This document shows, piece after piece, positions 35,893-45,394 of a stretch of DNA of 64,000 nt. The stretch lies in the IMG/VR virus record IMGVR_UViG_2912829908_000001, positions 3,164 to 67,163 of that record. One strand, given 5' to 3'. The position numbers and the translations under genes were made by a program. The notes under the pieces were generated by a model that was given only the letters and a program-made list of their open reading frames with translations, was not told the DNA's origin and searched no databases. Source of the stretch: a virus. Lineage: Duplodnaviria > Caudoviricetes. Position 1 is the first letter of the stretch. The number at the start of each line of letters is the position of its first letter.

Positions 35893-36915
35893 ATGAATCC
35901 GAAAATGAGCGTTATTATACCGGTATACAATGGCGAAAAGTATCTTTGCGATTGCATTGACAGCGTACTCGGACAGACGCTTAAAAATATCGAGGTTTTG
36001 GTCGTAGATGACGGCTCGACTGATGCGACGCGCAATATTCTGCGGTACTATTCCACGATAGATGAACGAGTCAAACCGATCTATCAGGCGAATCAAGGGC
36101 CGGGAACGGCGCGCAATACAGCGATGAAGCAGGCGAAAGGCGAATACGTAGCGTTTATCGACTCGGACGACTGGGTCGAGCTGGAAGCTTACGCGATTAT
36201 GTACGAAGCTGCCCGCGAAAACAACGCCGATATTGTGTTTACGGACATGCGCTGGGATTACGAAGACGCGTCGAAAAGCTACACGAAAAGTTATAGCGCA
36301 AAAGCGAATGAGCCGATCGGACGGGCCGAAATTAAAGCGACTATATTAACGGACTTCTTATACAACGGATCGTACGGCGGCGTCGGCAAAGTAATCCGCA
36401 GAAGCATGCTCGATACGCATAACATAACGTTTCCTGACGGCAAGTACCTCGGCGAAGATTGGCTGTTCAACATGGACGCGTTTACGTATTGTCGGACGGC
36501 CTACTATATCGATAAGCCGTTGTACCATTACCGGCAGATCAATGACGCCAGTTTGATGCGCGAATATAATCCGGAACTATTCGATTCGTACATCGATAGC
36601 GATACGCTTGAACGGTACGCAAAACGATGGGGCTTATACAGCGAGAAAGTTGCGGTAGATCTGGCGCGGCGGAAATGTTATATCGCGGTTAACGGCTGCA
36701 TACAAAACGAATTCAAGCCGGGCTGCCGTAAAACAGTGCGCGAAAAGTTGACGCTGATTAAGCGCATAGTCGAACATCCAAACGTAGGGAAGGCGGTTGC
36801 GATAGCGCTGCAGCACGAGGAGAGCTGGGCGAGGCGGATGTATCTGGCGATGCTGAAACGGAAGGCGGTCGTTGGATTGTTTCTGACGGGGAAAATACTG
36901 ACGCTGAGGCGCTGA
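35893..36915 (+). CDS. GT2-family glycosyltransferase (EpsH/EpsJ-like)
   Basis: SVIIPVYN, VVDDGSTD, ARN, FIDSDD, GEDWLFN. Confidence 0.92.
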   Translation: MNPKMSVIIPVYNGEKYLCDCIDSVLGQTLKNIEVLVVDDGSTDATRNILRYYSTIDERVKPIYQANQGPGTARNTAMKQAKGEYVAFIDSDDWVELEAYAIMYEAARENNADIVFTDMRWDYEDASKSYTKSYSAKANEPIGRAEIKATILTDFLYNGSYGGVGKVIRRSMLDTHNITFPDGKYLGEDWLFNMDAFTYCRTAYYIDKPLYHYRQINDASLMREYNPELFDSYIDSDTLERYAKRWGLYSEKVAVDLARRKCYIAVNGCIQNEFKPGCRKTVREKLTLIKRIVEHPNVGKAVAIALQHEESWARRMYLAMLKRKAVVGLFLTGKILTLRR

Positions 36916-36988
36916 CGAATAGTTGGCGTCTTTTTTCGTGGGTTCGTTTATCCTGCGATTCTCAATTACGATAACCTAAATGATAATG

Positions 36989-37040
36989 AACACGACTTTA
37001 TTCGCACAAATCGGGCAAAAACACGACTTTATTCGCACAA
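36989..37040 (+). repeat. two 21-bp direct repeats (iteron-like)
   Basis: AACACGACTTTATTCGCACAA at 36989-37009 and 37020-37040. Confidence 0.85.
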
Positions 37041-37310
37041 CCGAAAAGTGGTTTCGTACTTAGAGCCGCAAGGGATACAGCCGTTTTAGGCCGCCAATCA
37101 CTTCTTAGTCTTGTGAGTCACAAGCCTCCGGAACTACGGCTCCGCCTTCGTCCGGGGTTAACGCAATCAATATATCTATTAATATCTGCGCGTATGTAGG
37201 GAACGAAGTGACCGGAATTAGCGCTATGTTTAAGTACAAGCGGAAGACATCCGTTAATAGAGCGTTAATCTAACGAAATAAATACCGTTAACAAAGCGTT
37301 ATATAGTGAC

Positions 37311-37336
37311 TTTTACCGCCTTAGCTGTCTATACGT
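37311..37336 (+). promoter_or_regulatory. promoter-like motif 2 (copy B)
   Basis: TTTTACCGCCTTAGCTGTCTATACGT. Confidence 0.6.
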
Positions 37337-37903
37337 AATAGAAGGACGTAACATACCGTATAACCTAGCGATAGGCAGGCGGGATATGGCCGGCACACAT
37401 ACGCTATATGTAACATCGTATAGGCATACGTATAGTTATATAGGAAGGAAGGCGGCGGAGAGGCGTCCGGTTGCGGTGCGTGATGAGGCGAGCAGCAACG
37501 AGCCAATGCCGGAGGATGAGCCCTTCCGAAACTCACGGGGTCAAACCGAATGACCAGCGCAATATGCACGATCCTATACATAGCATACGGCACATAGCAT
37601 ACGGCAGGGTGCAGGTGTGGTGTGGGTTCTCGAATGCATAAACAACATACGTTTAATTGCGATAAGTAAACGATGACGAACGCTATCATATCAACGTTTG
37701 TCTATTGATTCGAATGTAACTCAATTTACTTCTGTTAAATTCGTTATTCATAAATGTGTATTTAATATACAATGACCCAAACGAAGAATCGCGGAAACGC
37801 CGGTCCCCCAACCGCCCCCAAAAATACCGGCGCAACTGCTGTCCGGAACTTGCGCACAATTTTTCGAACTCGGGGCGTCAATTAAACGGAGGCGATCACG
37901 GAA

Positions 37904-38065
37904 ATGGAGAAGAAAATCGCTCTTACAGGCGAAGGCGTTCTATACGCTATTTTGAAAGACGAAATTGTCGGACCGATAGTGAATGTCCCAAATAAGCCGA
38001 TCAGCTCGACGCCGATTTCCGTTGAATATTCGACGCTAAACGGAGGTGTAGGCGTTGCCCCATAA
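37904..38065 (+). CDS. hypothetical protein, 53 aa
   Basis: hand-translated MEKKIALTGEG...; GGAGG upstream. Confidence 0.45.
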   Translation: MEKKIALTGEGVLYAILKDEIVGPIVNVPNKPISSTPISVEYSTLNGGVGVAP

Positions 38066-38183
38066 ATGCGACGTTTGCGAAAAAGATTGCGAAGTAGAAT
38101 ACGATGATATTAACGATCGTCATATGTGCAAGCGGTGTTGGGACGAATATTACGAGGCTTGTTATTATGGCGGCTTAACATAA
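38055..38183 (+). CDS. Zn-finger peptide, 42 aa
   Basis: MPHKCDVC...MCKRCW; RBS GGAGGTG. Confidence 0.55.
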   Translation: MPHKCDVCEKDCEVEYDDINDRHMCKRCWDEYYEACYYGGLT

Positions 38184-38297
38184 CGATTCTACCACGAAAT
38201 AAGTACGCCACAGCCGTTTTAATCCAGACGGAGGGTATTCGGTAGGGTAAACGCAAGAAACGCTAATTTCGTGTGATTTCGAAGGGAGGACGAAAGG

Positions 38298-38567
38298 GTG
38301 GCGAAATATCGTAAAAAGCCGGTTGAAATAGAAGCGGTAAAATTCGAGGATACGGCGCATTCAATCGCTGATATTTCGAACTTGGCCGGCGGAAGGACGA
38401 TCGTATACAGTTACCAGAGTGAATATCCGACTTTAACGATTCAGACTTTAGAGGGAGATATGACCGCGCAAGTTGGCGATTACATTATTCGCGGCATTAA
38501 GGGCGAACTTTACCCGTGCAAGCCGGACATTTTCGAAAAGACTTACGAAAAAGTAATCGACAATTAA
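38298..38567 (+). CDS. conserved phage protein
   Basis: YRKKPVEIEAV...TLEG.M.A..GDYII.G..GE.YPCKPDIF. Confidence 0.85.
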   Translation: MAKYRKKPVEIEAVKFEDTAHSIADISNLAGGRTIVYSYQSEYPTLTIQTLEGDMTAQVGDYIIRGIKGELYPCKPDIFEKTYEKVIDN

Positions 38568-38649
38568 CCGCAATCAGAACGAGGCTTCCGCACCCTACGG
38601 CGGAGGTCTTTTTGTGCTTGCGTAAATAAAACGAAAAGGAGGCTTTAGA

Positions 38650-38850
38650 ATGAGCGAACTAACTTACGAAACAGTGCGCGATTGGGTGCTGTCCGATCCT
38701 TTGAACGACGGCATTATGTCGGTGTCTACGATAAAACGGCGATTTCGTATAGCGCACGGACGGGCGGAAGTGTTTATGAGGCGGTTGGTTGCTGACGGCA
38801 TAGTTAGCGCTGTCGGGAAGCCACGCGCGATTTTAAAAACGAATAAATAA
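38650..38850 (+). CDS. stand-alone FtsK/SpoIIIE gamma-like winged helix
   Basis: SVSTIKRRFRIAHGRAEVFMRRLVADGIVS...KPRAIL. Confidence 0.7.
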   Translation: MSELTYETVRDWVLSDPLNDGIMSVSTIKRRFRIAHGRAEVFMRRLVADGIVSAVGKPRAILKTNK

Positions 38851-38869
38851 CGAAAAGGAGACGATGTGA

Positions 38870-39133
38870 ATGGCGGACAAACGCGAATCAACAGGAATGA
38901 ATAACAGGAACGGAGTTATCCTCGGGTATCATAATCCGAATTTCAGCCTAGAATCTAAAACCGGAAATATCTACGCAACAGGCGACGTTAGCGTAAAAGT
39001 AGCCATAGAGGTATCCGAAGCTATAACCGGCCTCAAAGCGCTACAGCGCGAAGCAAAGGCGGCGACACAGGCGCTAGCTGAATTGCGCGAGGAGCAGGCG
39101 AAACACGGTGGTGGACGAAGCTATGACGAATAA
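38870..39133 (+). CDS. hypothetical protein
   Basis: RBS AAAGGAG. Confidence 0.65.
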   Translation: MADKRESTGMNNRNGVILGYHNPNFSLESKTGNIYATGDVSVKVAIEVSEAITGLKALQREAKAATQALAELREEQAKHGGGRSYDE

Positions 39134-39341
39134 GCAAACGGAATCCCACTGCGCCCCATCCAATTGTTCGCGCCATTTCGAAGTATGCGATTGCAAGTCG
39201 ATGTGTCTGCTGCGGTATGGAGCCGAAATACGGAAACGGCAGGAAGAAGTTGGAGCTGCAGCCGGCGTATACGAAAAAAGACGGGCACACCTACGTTGGC
39301 TGAGGCTCAAACGTTGGGGCGCCCGTCGTCTTATAGATTAA
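39123..39341 (+). CDS. hypothetical Cys-containing protein
   Basis: coupled ORF. Confidence 0.55.
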   Translation: MTNKQTESHCAPSNCSRHFEVCDCKSMCLLRYGAEIRKRQEEVGAAAGVYEKRRAHLRWLRLKRWGARRLID

Positions 39342-39879
39342 CATTCGCATATACTTCGTCGATCCGGTCCTGATTGATTCCGATATATCTCAACGTGACC
39401 GACTGCTTCGAGTGGTTGAAAATCGATTGAAGTAGCGTAAGATCTGTGCCGTTCTTGTACGCGTGATAGCCGAAAGTCTTACGTAATGAGTGGCAGCCAA
39501 TTGTGCCGAGCTTCTCCGAAAGGCCAGCGCGCTCAATAGCTTCGTTAAGAATCCCGTAAGCACGGACGCGGGTAATAGCTTTCGAACCTTTCCGAGAGGG
39601 GAAAAGCCAGTCGTCGTCGTTTGCTTCGGTCGGAATCAGGTCGGCGATGGCTTTCTTGATAGCGGCATTGAAGAAGAAACGTTTTGACTTCTTCGTTTTC
39701 CCTTCCGTAATCGCAACGAAGTCCTTTCCGCGTACATCGCCGACTTTGAGCGCAAGTATATCGGAAATGCGTAGGCCGGAATTAATGCCGATCGTAAATA
39801 AAAGCAGATCACGCCCACGAAGGGCCTTTTTTATTGCGTTTATTTGGCGTTTTTCTCTAATCGGTTGGACTTCGTTCAT
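39331..39879 (-). CDS. short tyrosine recombinase (catalytic domain only)
   Basis: GLRISD, HSLRKTFG, FNHS, LRYIG. Confidence 0.9.
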   Translation of the reverse strand: MNEVQPIREKRQINAIKKALRGRDLLLFTIGINSGLRISDILALKVGDVRGKDFVAITEGKTKKSKRFFFNAAIKKAIADLIPTEANDDDWLFPSRKGSKAITRVRAYGILNEAIERAGLSEKLGTIGCHSLRKTFGYHAYKNGTDLTLLQSIFNHSKQSVTLRYIGINQDRIDEVYANVNL

Positions 39880-39961
39880 TCGAATTTCACTCCGTTCTCA
39901 ATATGTTAAATTCATATTAACGAAAATAATAACGAAAGTCAAGCGAAAGGAGGGCGATAAT

Positions 39962-41716
39962 TTGGCGTATATTAACGGAAAATGGTTGGATCGTGAAGAG
40001 CGGCGGGAGCGTATCGACTTATTGATCGAGAGTGTGCGCCGATTAGCGGCCCTCATTAAAGCGAAAAAAGCCACCGACTACCATATCGATATGTTCCGGA
40101 AGAATAAGGCCGAATTAATTAAACTGAAGCGCGTTCACCGTGCCGAGGTGGATATCGCATATTTCACCTACGAGTATTTGAGCGACGGCCTAAACCCGGA
40201 AAACGAGGATAATGTCGTAAGGAACTCGGATGACGGGACGCCCCACGACGGCATTGAAGATATCGCGAAGATACACGAAGAGTTTTTTGAGCTTTGCGAT
40301 TACGTCAACGAAGAAAAAAGGAATGCGCGTCTTGCAATCGCAGCAGCCCGGGGCCACTCAAAGTCCGGAATGTTTTCGAACGCTTTGCCGTTACATCAGG
40401 CGGCTTATAGGAAGCGCAAATATATCCTCGTCATATCAGAGACGGATTCGCTATCGAAAAAGCTCATCGGATGGGTTAACAAGCAAATGAAGTTTAACGC
40501 AAAGCTGCGGGAAGACTTCGGGCCTATGATGCACGAGTCGGCCAGCCGCAACGAAAAGGATAACGAAGAGGCGTTCATTACAACGACGAATATCCTTATC
40601 GAGTCGTCATCTTCCGGAAAGCAGCTTCGCGGTAAACGGCACGGAGCTGTTCGGCCGGACCTCGTAATAATTGACGACCCGTCATCGACAAACAACGAAG
40701 GAACCAAGGAAGCACGTGAAAAGCTCGTTCACTGGTTTAACTCCGTCGTTGTTCCTATCGGGTCCAAGGCGACCGCGATCGTGTTAGTCGGGACAATGGT
40801 TTCGGCGACCGGGCTTCTTAACCACGTTCTGAAGCGTAAGGATTTCAAGGCGAGCTTTCACGGAGCGATCATAAGTGAGCCGACGCATCCGGAATTATGG
40901 GACAAATACTGCGAGGTCTATGCGAGAGCAGAAACGATCGAAGAGGCTGACGAATTCTACGAAGCGCATAAAGAGGCGTTGGAAGACGGCGTCGAACTGG
41001 CGTGGCCTTGGCGCTGGACCTATCGCGAGCTCATGCACGAGAAAGTAAACATGGGAACGCGTGCATACAATTCGGAATTCCGAAACTTGGCTTTCAGTGA
41101 AGACGAGCAGTTTTTCTTTCCGGATAACTACGCTTATTATCACTACTACCACGAGAACGGAACAGCATACGTCGTGTACAACGAATTAAAAATACCGGTC
41201 AGCGATCTTCTAATTGTTGGTGCGTGGGATATCGCGCAGGGTAAGAATGCGAGGTCTTGCTATAACTCGGTTATTACGCTCGGCAAACACGAACCGACCG
41301 GCTATATTTTCGTACTCGATGAATACGCGTCGAAGGAACCGGCGCACGTATACATTGACGTCATTATTCGGAAGATCAAACAATACCGGCATCGTTCCTT
41401 CAACGTCGAAACAATAAACGCGCAGCACGAATACTATCGTCAGCTTCAGGAGCGGGTCCGGCAGGAAGGTCTTTATACGTGCCGCGTGAACGATGTGAAA
41501 TCGCATAAGTCTTCGAAAGATGAGCGTATTCAATCGATGGAACCGATGCTGCATAACAAAACGCTGATTCTGAACGATAGGCACACGATGCTGCTCGATC
41601 AGATGGCGCAGTATCCTTTCGGCGATTACGTTGATTCACTCGACGCGCTTCAGCAGGCGCTCGAATCCGTATTCAGGCCGAAAACAAGGCTGGTGAAGAA
41701 GCCGGGATGGCTATAA
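39962..41716 (+). CDS. terL: terminase large subunit
   Basis: ARGHSKS Walker A, LVIIDD Walker B, GAWDIA nuclease; TTG 39962 after AAGGAGGG. Confidence 0.9.
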   Translation: MAYINGKWLDREERRERIDLLIESVRRLAALIKAKKATDYHIDMFRKNKAELIKLKRVHRAEVDIAYFTYEYLSDGLNPENEDNVVRNSDDGTPHDGIEDIAKIHEEFFELCDYVNEEKRNARLAIAAARGHSKSGMFSNALPLHQAAYRKRKYILVISETDSLSKKLIGWVNKQMKFNAKLREDFGPMMHESASRNEKDNEEAFITTTNILIESSSSGKQLRGKRHGAVRPDLVIIDDPSSTNNEGTKEAREKLVHWFNSVVVPIGSKATAIVLVGTMVSATGLLNHVLKRKDFKASFHGAIISEPTHPELWDKYCEVYARAETIEEADEFYEAHKEALEDGVELAWPWRWTYRELMHEKVNMGTRAYNSEFRNLAFSEDEQFFFPDNYAYYHYYHENGTAYVVYNELKIPVSDLLIVGAWDIAQGKNARSCYNSVITLGKHEPTGYIFVLDEYASKEPAHVYIDVIIRKIKQYRHRSFNVETINAQHEYYRQLQERVRQEGLYTCRVNDVKSHKSSKDERIQSMEPMLHNKTLILNDRHTMLLDQMAQYPFGDYVDSLDALQQALESVFRPKTRLVKKPGWL

Positions 41717-41732
41717 GAAAGGAGGCGATAAA

Positions 41733-42164
41733 ATGTCGCGGATGAAAGAGCTCGAAGCAAAACTAACGCTTCAGCAACGTAAGGCAGCGCAAGTCGTTGC
41801 GAGTAATGAAGTCACGCCCGAAGACGGGAACAAACGAAGTCAGGACGCGCTGGCCGAAGAAATCGGTGTAAGTCGTATGACGCTCTATCGATGGCGGTTT
41901 CAAAATCCGATATTCATCGAATACATGAACCTATTAGCGGACGACATGCTTTCCGGGCACCGGTCCGAAGTATACGGGCAGCTCCTAAAGCTGATAAAAG
42001 GGCCGCAGCCTTCAGTTAAGGCTATCGATTTGTTCATGCGTCGCCACGGCTTACTGACCGATCGTCAGATAACGACCAATGAAACAGACGACGGCGCCCG
42101 CAGTAACGAAGATATCGAGAAGGAAATCGAAGACTTACCTGAAATTATCGGAGAGGAGGAATAG
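41733..42164 (+). CDS. HTH protein (phBC6A51-type), probable terminase small subunit
   Basis: SQDALAEEIGVSRMTLYRW; lies between terL and portal. Confidence 0.65.
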   Translation: MSRMKELEAKLTLQQRKAAQVVASNEVTPEDGNKRSQDALAEEIGVSRMTLYRWRFQNPIFIEYMNLLADDMLSGHRSEVYGQLLKLIKGPQPSVKAIDLFMRRHGLLTDRQITTNETDDGARSNEDIEKEIEDLPEIIGEEE

Positions 42165-42166
42165 CG

Positions 42167-43798
42167 TTGGGGTTTTTCAATTTACTAAAGAAACACGACC
42201 AGCCTTCGGATGAATACACAGTCAAAAAGACATACAGTATCATTCGGGAAGGCGCGCAATTTCCTCCGGATGATTCAATCGAGAGGTTGGCGAAGTATAA
42301 GCGTATGCGTAAGCTCTTCGAAGGAAAGCACCGAGACGTGTACGAAAGGGCTACGGACATTTTAAAAGATTCGCCACAATCGAAACAGCTCGAAAAGCTC
42401 TACATCGCTATCAATCTCGCGGATATTTTGGTAACGAAGCCGGCGGATCTTCTAGTAGGAGAACCGGTTCATTTTGAGAGCGGACTGGACGATACCAGCG
42501 AAGAGCAAAAGGCGCTCAACAGATACGTAGAAGAAAACGACCTCAATCAACTGCTGCACGAGAGCGCCATGTCGAACGGATATCGCGGCGACGCGTGGAT
42601 TAAAGTACGGTTTGGTTATCGACAAGACTATTCCGAGCTCGTCGCGATGGGCTTAGAGGTTCCGGAAGACGCGAAAATGGAGGCCGTTGTTGAGCACGTT
42701 AATGCAAATTGCGTTTTCCCTGAGTTTTCGGCAGGAAACGTTAAGCAGATCAAAGCGGTCAATATAGCCCAAGTCGAATGGGTAGAGACGGAGCAGACGG
42801 AGGTTCCTTTCCTAAACGTAGAGCGTCATATACCGGGCCATATCTTCTATACGCGATACAGACTATATCAGAACGGCGTCGATGTTTCCGGCGGCGCCCC
42901 GATCAGCATTTTTAATATAGGCGAAGAGGTTTCGACGGGTCGCGAAGAAGATCACGAAGAGACGTTCCTCCCGCACATTCCGGTCTTTCACATTCCGTAC
43001 AAGTCAATCGATGACAGCTATTTCGGCATTGGCGGATTGGAGAAGATCGAAACGACGCTTGCGGCAATTAATGACCGTCTGGTGCAGATCGATTACATCC
43101 TATGGAAGCACAGCGATCCGACTGCGTACGGCCCGGATTTAGAAGGGTCCGGAGATTCAGTTCAGTTTGGCGGCAAGTACATTCCGGTTACTAAAGACGA
43201 TACGACTCCGGGCTATATGGTTTGGCAGGCGCAACTTGACGCAGCGTTCAAAGAGCTTGACGTCCTCTTTAGTAACGTCTTTCAAATGGCCGAGACGCCG
43301 CAGTGGTTATTCGGCACGACGATCTCCGGAGATAATTCAGGCGGCACAGGTACGTCTCACACAGACGGCGCGGCGATCAAAGCTCGCTTCATGCCTATTC
43401 TTTCGAAGGTAAAGCGGATACGTGCGCACTATGACCGGGCGGTAAGAGACGCCCTTTGGACGTGTATGTTGCTTGAAAAAGCAGTCGGTGTCCTCGACGT
43501 TGAAAATGCGGTTTATCCACGGGCTATTTGGAGCGACGGACTTCCGAAGAATGAAAAAGAGCTCGCTGAGATTATGCAAATCCGCACAGGCGGTAAGCCT
43601 ACGATTGATGTTCGCGGAGCCATTAAACAGCAGGACGATGTGGACGACGAAAAAGCTGACGAAATCATTCGCCGCATTGAAGAAGACGAAAAAACGACGA
43701 GCGGCTTTGTTGACGGATCGATTTTCAACAAGGAAGAACCGGAAAAGAGCCCTTTGGACGAGGATAAAGAGGAAATCGAAGAGGAGGACGATAGTTAA
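42167..43798 (+). CDS. portal protein (SPP1 gp6-like)
   Basis: 543 aa, position, acidic tail. Confidence 0.85.
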   Translation: MGFFNLLKKHDQPSDEYTVKKTYSIIREGAQFPPDDSIERLAKYKRMRKLFEGKHRDVYERATDILKDSPQSKQLEKLYIAINLADILVTKPADLLVGEPVHFESGLDDTSEEQKALNRYVEENDLNQLLHESAMSNGYRGDAWIKVRFGYRQDYSELVAMGLEVPEDAKMEAVVEHVNANCVFPEFSAGNVKQIKAVNIAQVEWVETEQTEVPFLNVERHIPGHIFYTRYRLYQNGVDVSGGAPISIFNIGEEVSTGREEDHEETFLPHIPVFHIPYKSIDDSYFGIGGLEKIETTLAAINDRLVQIDYILWKHSDPTAYGPDLEGSGDSVQFGGKYIPVTKDDTTPGYMVWQAQLDAAFKELDVLFSNVFQMAETPQWLFGTTISGDNSGGTGTSHTDGAAIKARFMPILSKVKRIRAHYDRAVRDALWTCMLLEKAVGVLDVENAVYPRAIWSDGLPKNEKELAEIMQIRTGGKPTIDVRGAIKQQDDVDDEKADEIIRRIEEDEKTTSGFVDGSIFNKEEPEKSPLDEDKEEIEEEDDS

Positions 43799-44622
43799 TG
43801 TCTCGTTCTCCTGAGCATCAATACGACTATCAGACGAATCGGCTTGCCGGATATTATCAGGAAGCGATAGAAGACATCCTGACCGAGCTTGAACGAATTG
43901 ACCTCGATAATTTTCGAAGGGCTAACGCGTTGGCGACCTTGAAATCTATTAGCGAGATCCTCAGCGATTTAGACGAAAAATCTTCCGCATGGGTCAAAAA
44001 GAATGTTCCGAAAGCGGCCACCGATGGCATTGCGCGAGCACTGGTCGCTCTGGACGTAGCAAAGACGGTGGCAGACGCGGAAAAGATCGTTTCTTTTAAC
44101 GAGGTAAACGAGTACATGGTTGCGGCTGCTGTAGCGGATACGCAGTCGGATTTATTAGCGATTACGCAAAACGTCGATAGGAAGACGCGGGCTGCCGTCA
44201 GGAAAGCCGTTTCGGATTCGATGCGGCTTAATATGACCAAAGGGACGAACGGACGGCGCAGCATAACGGATCTGGTGCGCAAGTCTCTTCGAGCTTCGGT
44301 GAGTACCGGCATTATTGATGCGAGGGGAAATCGATGGAAGCCGGAAGTGTATGCGGATATGGTCGTCCGTACAAAGATGATGGAAACCTATCGGGAGGCC
44401 CATACGAATGAGGCGGTAAGTCGCGGCGCATATTATGCGCAAATTTCGTCACACGGAGCGAAGGATCTATGCCGTCTCCACGAAGGGCAAATCATTAAGC
44501 TGACCGACGATGCTCCCGGCATTTACCCAACATATGACGAACTCAAAGCGACCGGGGAGATATTTCACCCGCGGTGTAAGCACGTAATTTCCACAATAAG
44601 AAACCCATCAAGCGCCGTGTAG
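43798..44622 (+). CDS. minor capsid/head morphogenesis protein
   Basis: DARGNRWKPEVY, ISSHG..D.C, FHPRCKH. Confidence 0.8.
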   Translation: MSRSPEHQYDYQTNRLAGYYQEAIEDILTELERIDLDNFRRANALATLKSISEILSDLDEKSSAWVKKNVPKAATDGIARALVALDVAKTVADAEKIVSFNEVNEYMVAAAVADTQSDLLAITQNVDRKTRAAVRKAVSDSMRLNMTKGTNGRRSITDLVRKSLRASVSTGIIDARGNRWKPEVYADMVVRTKMMETYREAHTNEAVSRGAYYAQISSHGAKDLCRLHEGQIIKLTDDAPGIYPTYDELKATGEIFHPRCKHVISTIRNPSSAV

Positions 44623-44711
44623 CGCTTTTTATTTTGTCCGAACGTTATGACGTTAAAAGAAACGGCTGCATCACTCAATAGCCGACGGGCTTTAAGCGGT
44701 GGAGGGACTGT

Positions 44712-45383
44712 ATGAGCGAAGAACTTAAAGAAACGCAAACAAGCGAGGTTACCGATCAAACTACGGCTGAGGTGCCGGAAAATAAACCTGAAGCGCAAAC
44801 GGTGACTATGACGCAGGAGGAATTTAACGCTGTAATTGCTCGCGAAAAGGGGCGCGTTAAGAACAAGTACGCTGACTATGACGAAGTGAAGGCGAAACTT
44901 AGCGATTACGAAAAAGCCCAGAAAGAACGCGAAGAGGCGGAAATGACCGAGCTGGAAAAGCTTACGAAACAGCTCGACGAAAAGGCCGAAGCTGAAGCCA
45001 CCTTCGTAAAGCAGATCGAAGATTTAAAAGCGGCTGCTGAACAGGAAAAAGTGGCGAACGAATTTATCAAGGTTGCTACGAGCAACGGCATCGCCTACAT
45101 TGACGACGCTTTACGTCTGGCTGACCTATCCGCGGTAAAGGTTGAGGACGGAAAAGTAATCGGCATGGAGGACGTTGTAAAGGGGCTCGTTGACAATAAA
45201 CCGTACTTAGTTGCGAAACAACAAACACTCAAACCGATCGGCCAGCCCTCTAATAGTGGAGGAGACGGAGACGGCGGCGAAATCAAGACGTTAGAAGCGC
45301 AACTGAGCGAAGCAAGGAAAGAAAAGAATTTTTCGAAGGTTATCGAGCTTTCAAACAAATTGAAATCACTTTTGAAGAAGTAG
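44712..45383 (+). CDS. capsid scaffolding protein
   Basis: acidic coiled coil, KPYL motif, precedes MCP. Confidence 0.8.
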   Translation: MSEELKETQTSEVTDQTTAEVPENKPEAQTVTMTQEEFNAVIAREKGRVKNKYADYDEVKAKLSDYEKAQKEREEAEMTELEKLTKQLDEKAEAEATFVKQIEDLKAAAEQEKVANEFIKVATSNGIAYIDDALRLADLSAVKVEDGKVIGMEDVVKGLVDNKPYLVAKQQTLKPIGQPSNSGGDGDGGEIKTLEAQLSEARKEKNFSKVIELSNKLKSLLKK

Positions 45384-45394
45384 GGGGAAAATAA

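Noticed and set aside
36989-37040. CRISPR array
   Set aside because: Only two 21-bp copies 10 nt apart; no spacers, leader or cas genes.
37321-37995. ORFs 37321-37689 (-) and 37756-37995 (+)
   Set aside because: No RBS and low-complexity translations across repeat-rich DNA.
39647-39961. N-terminal extension of TerL in the ORF track
   Set aside because: It is antisense to the recombinase; the real RBS precedes TTG 39962.
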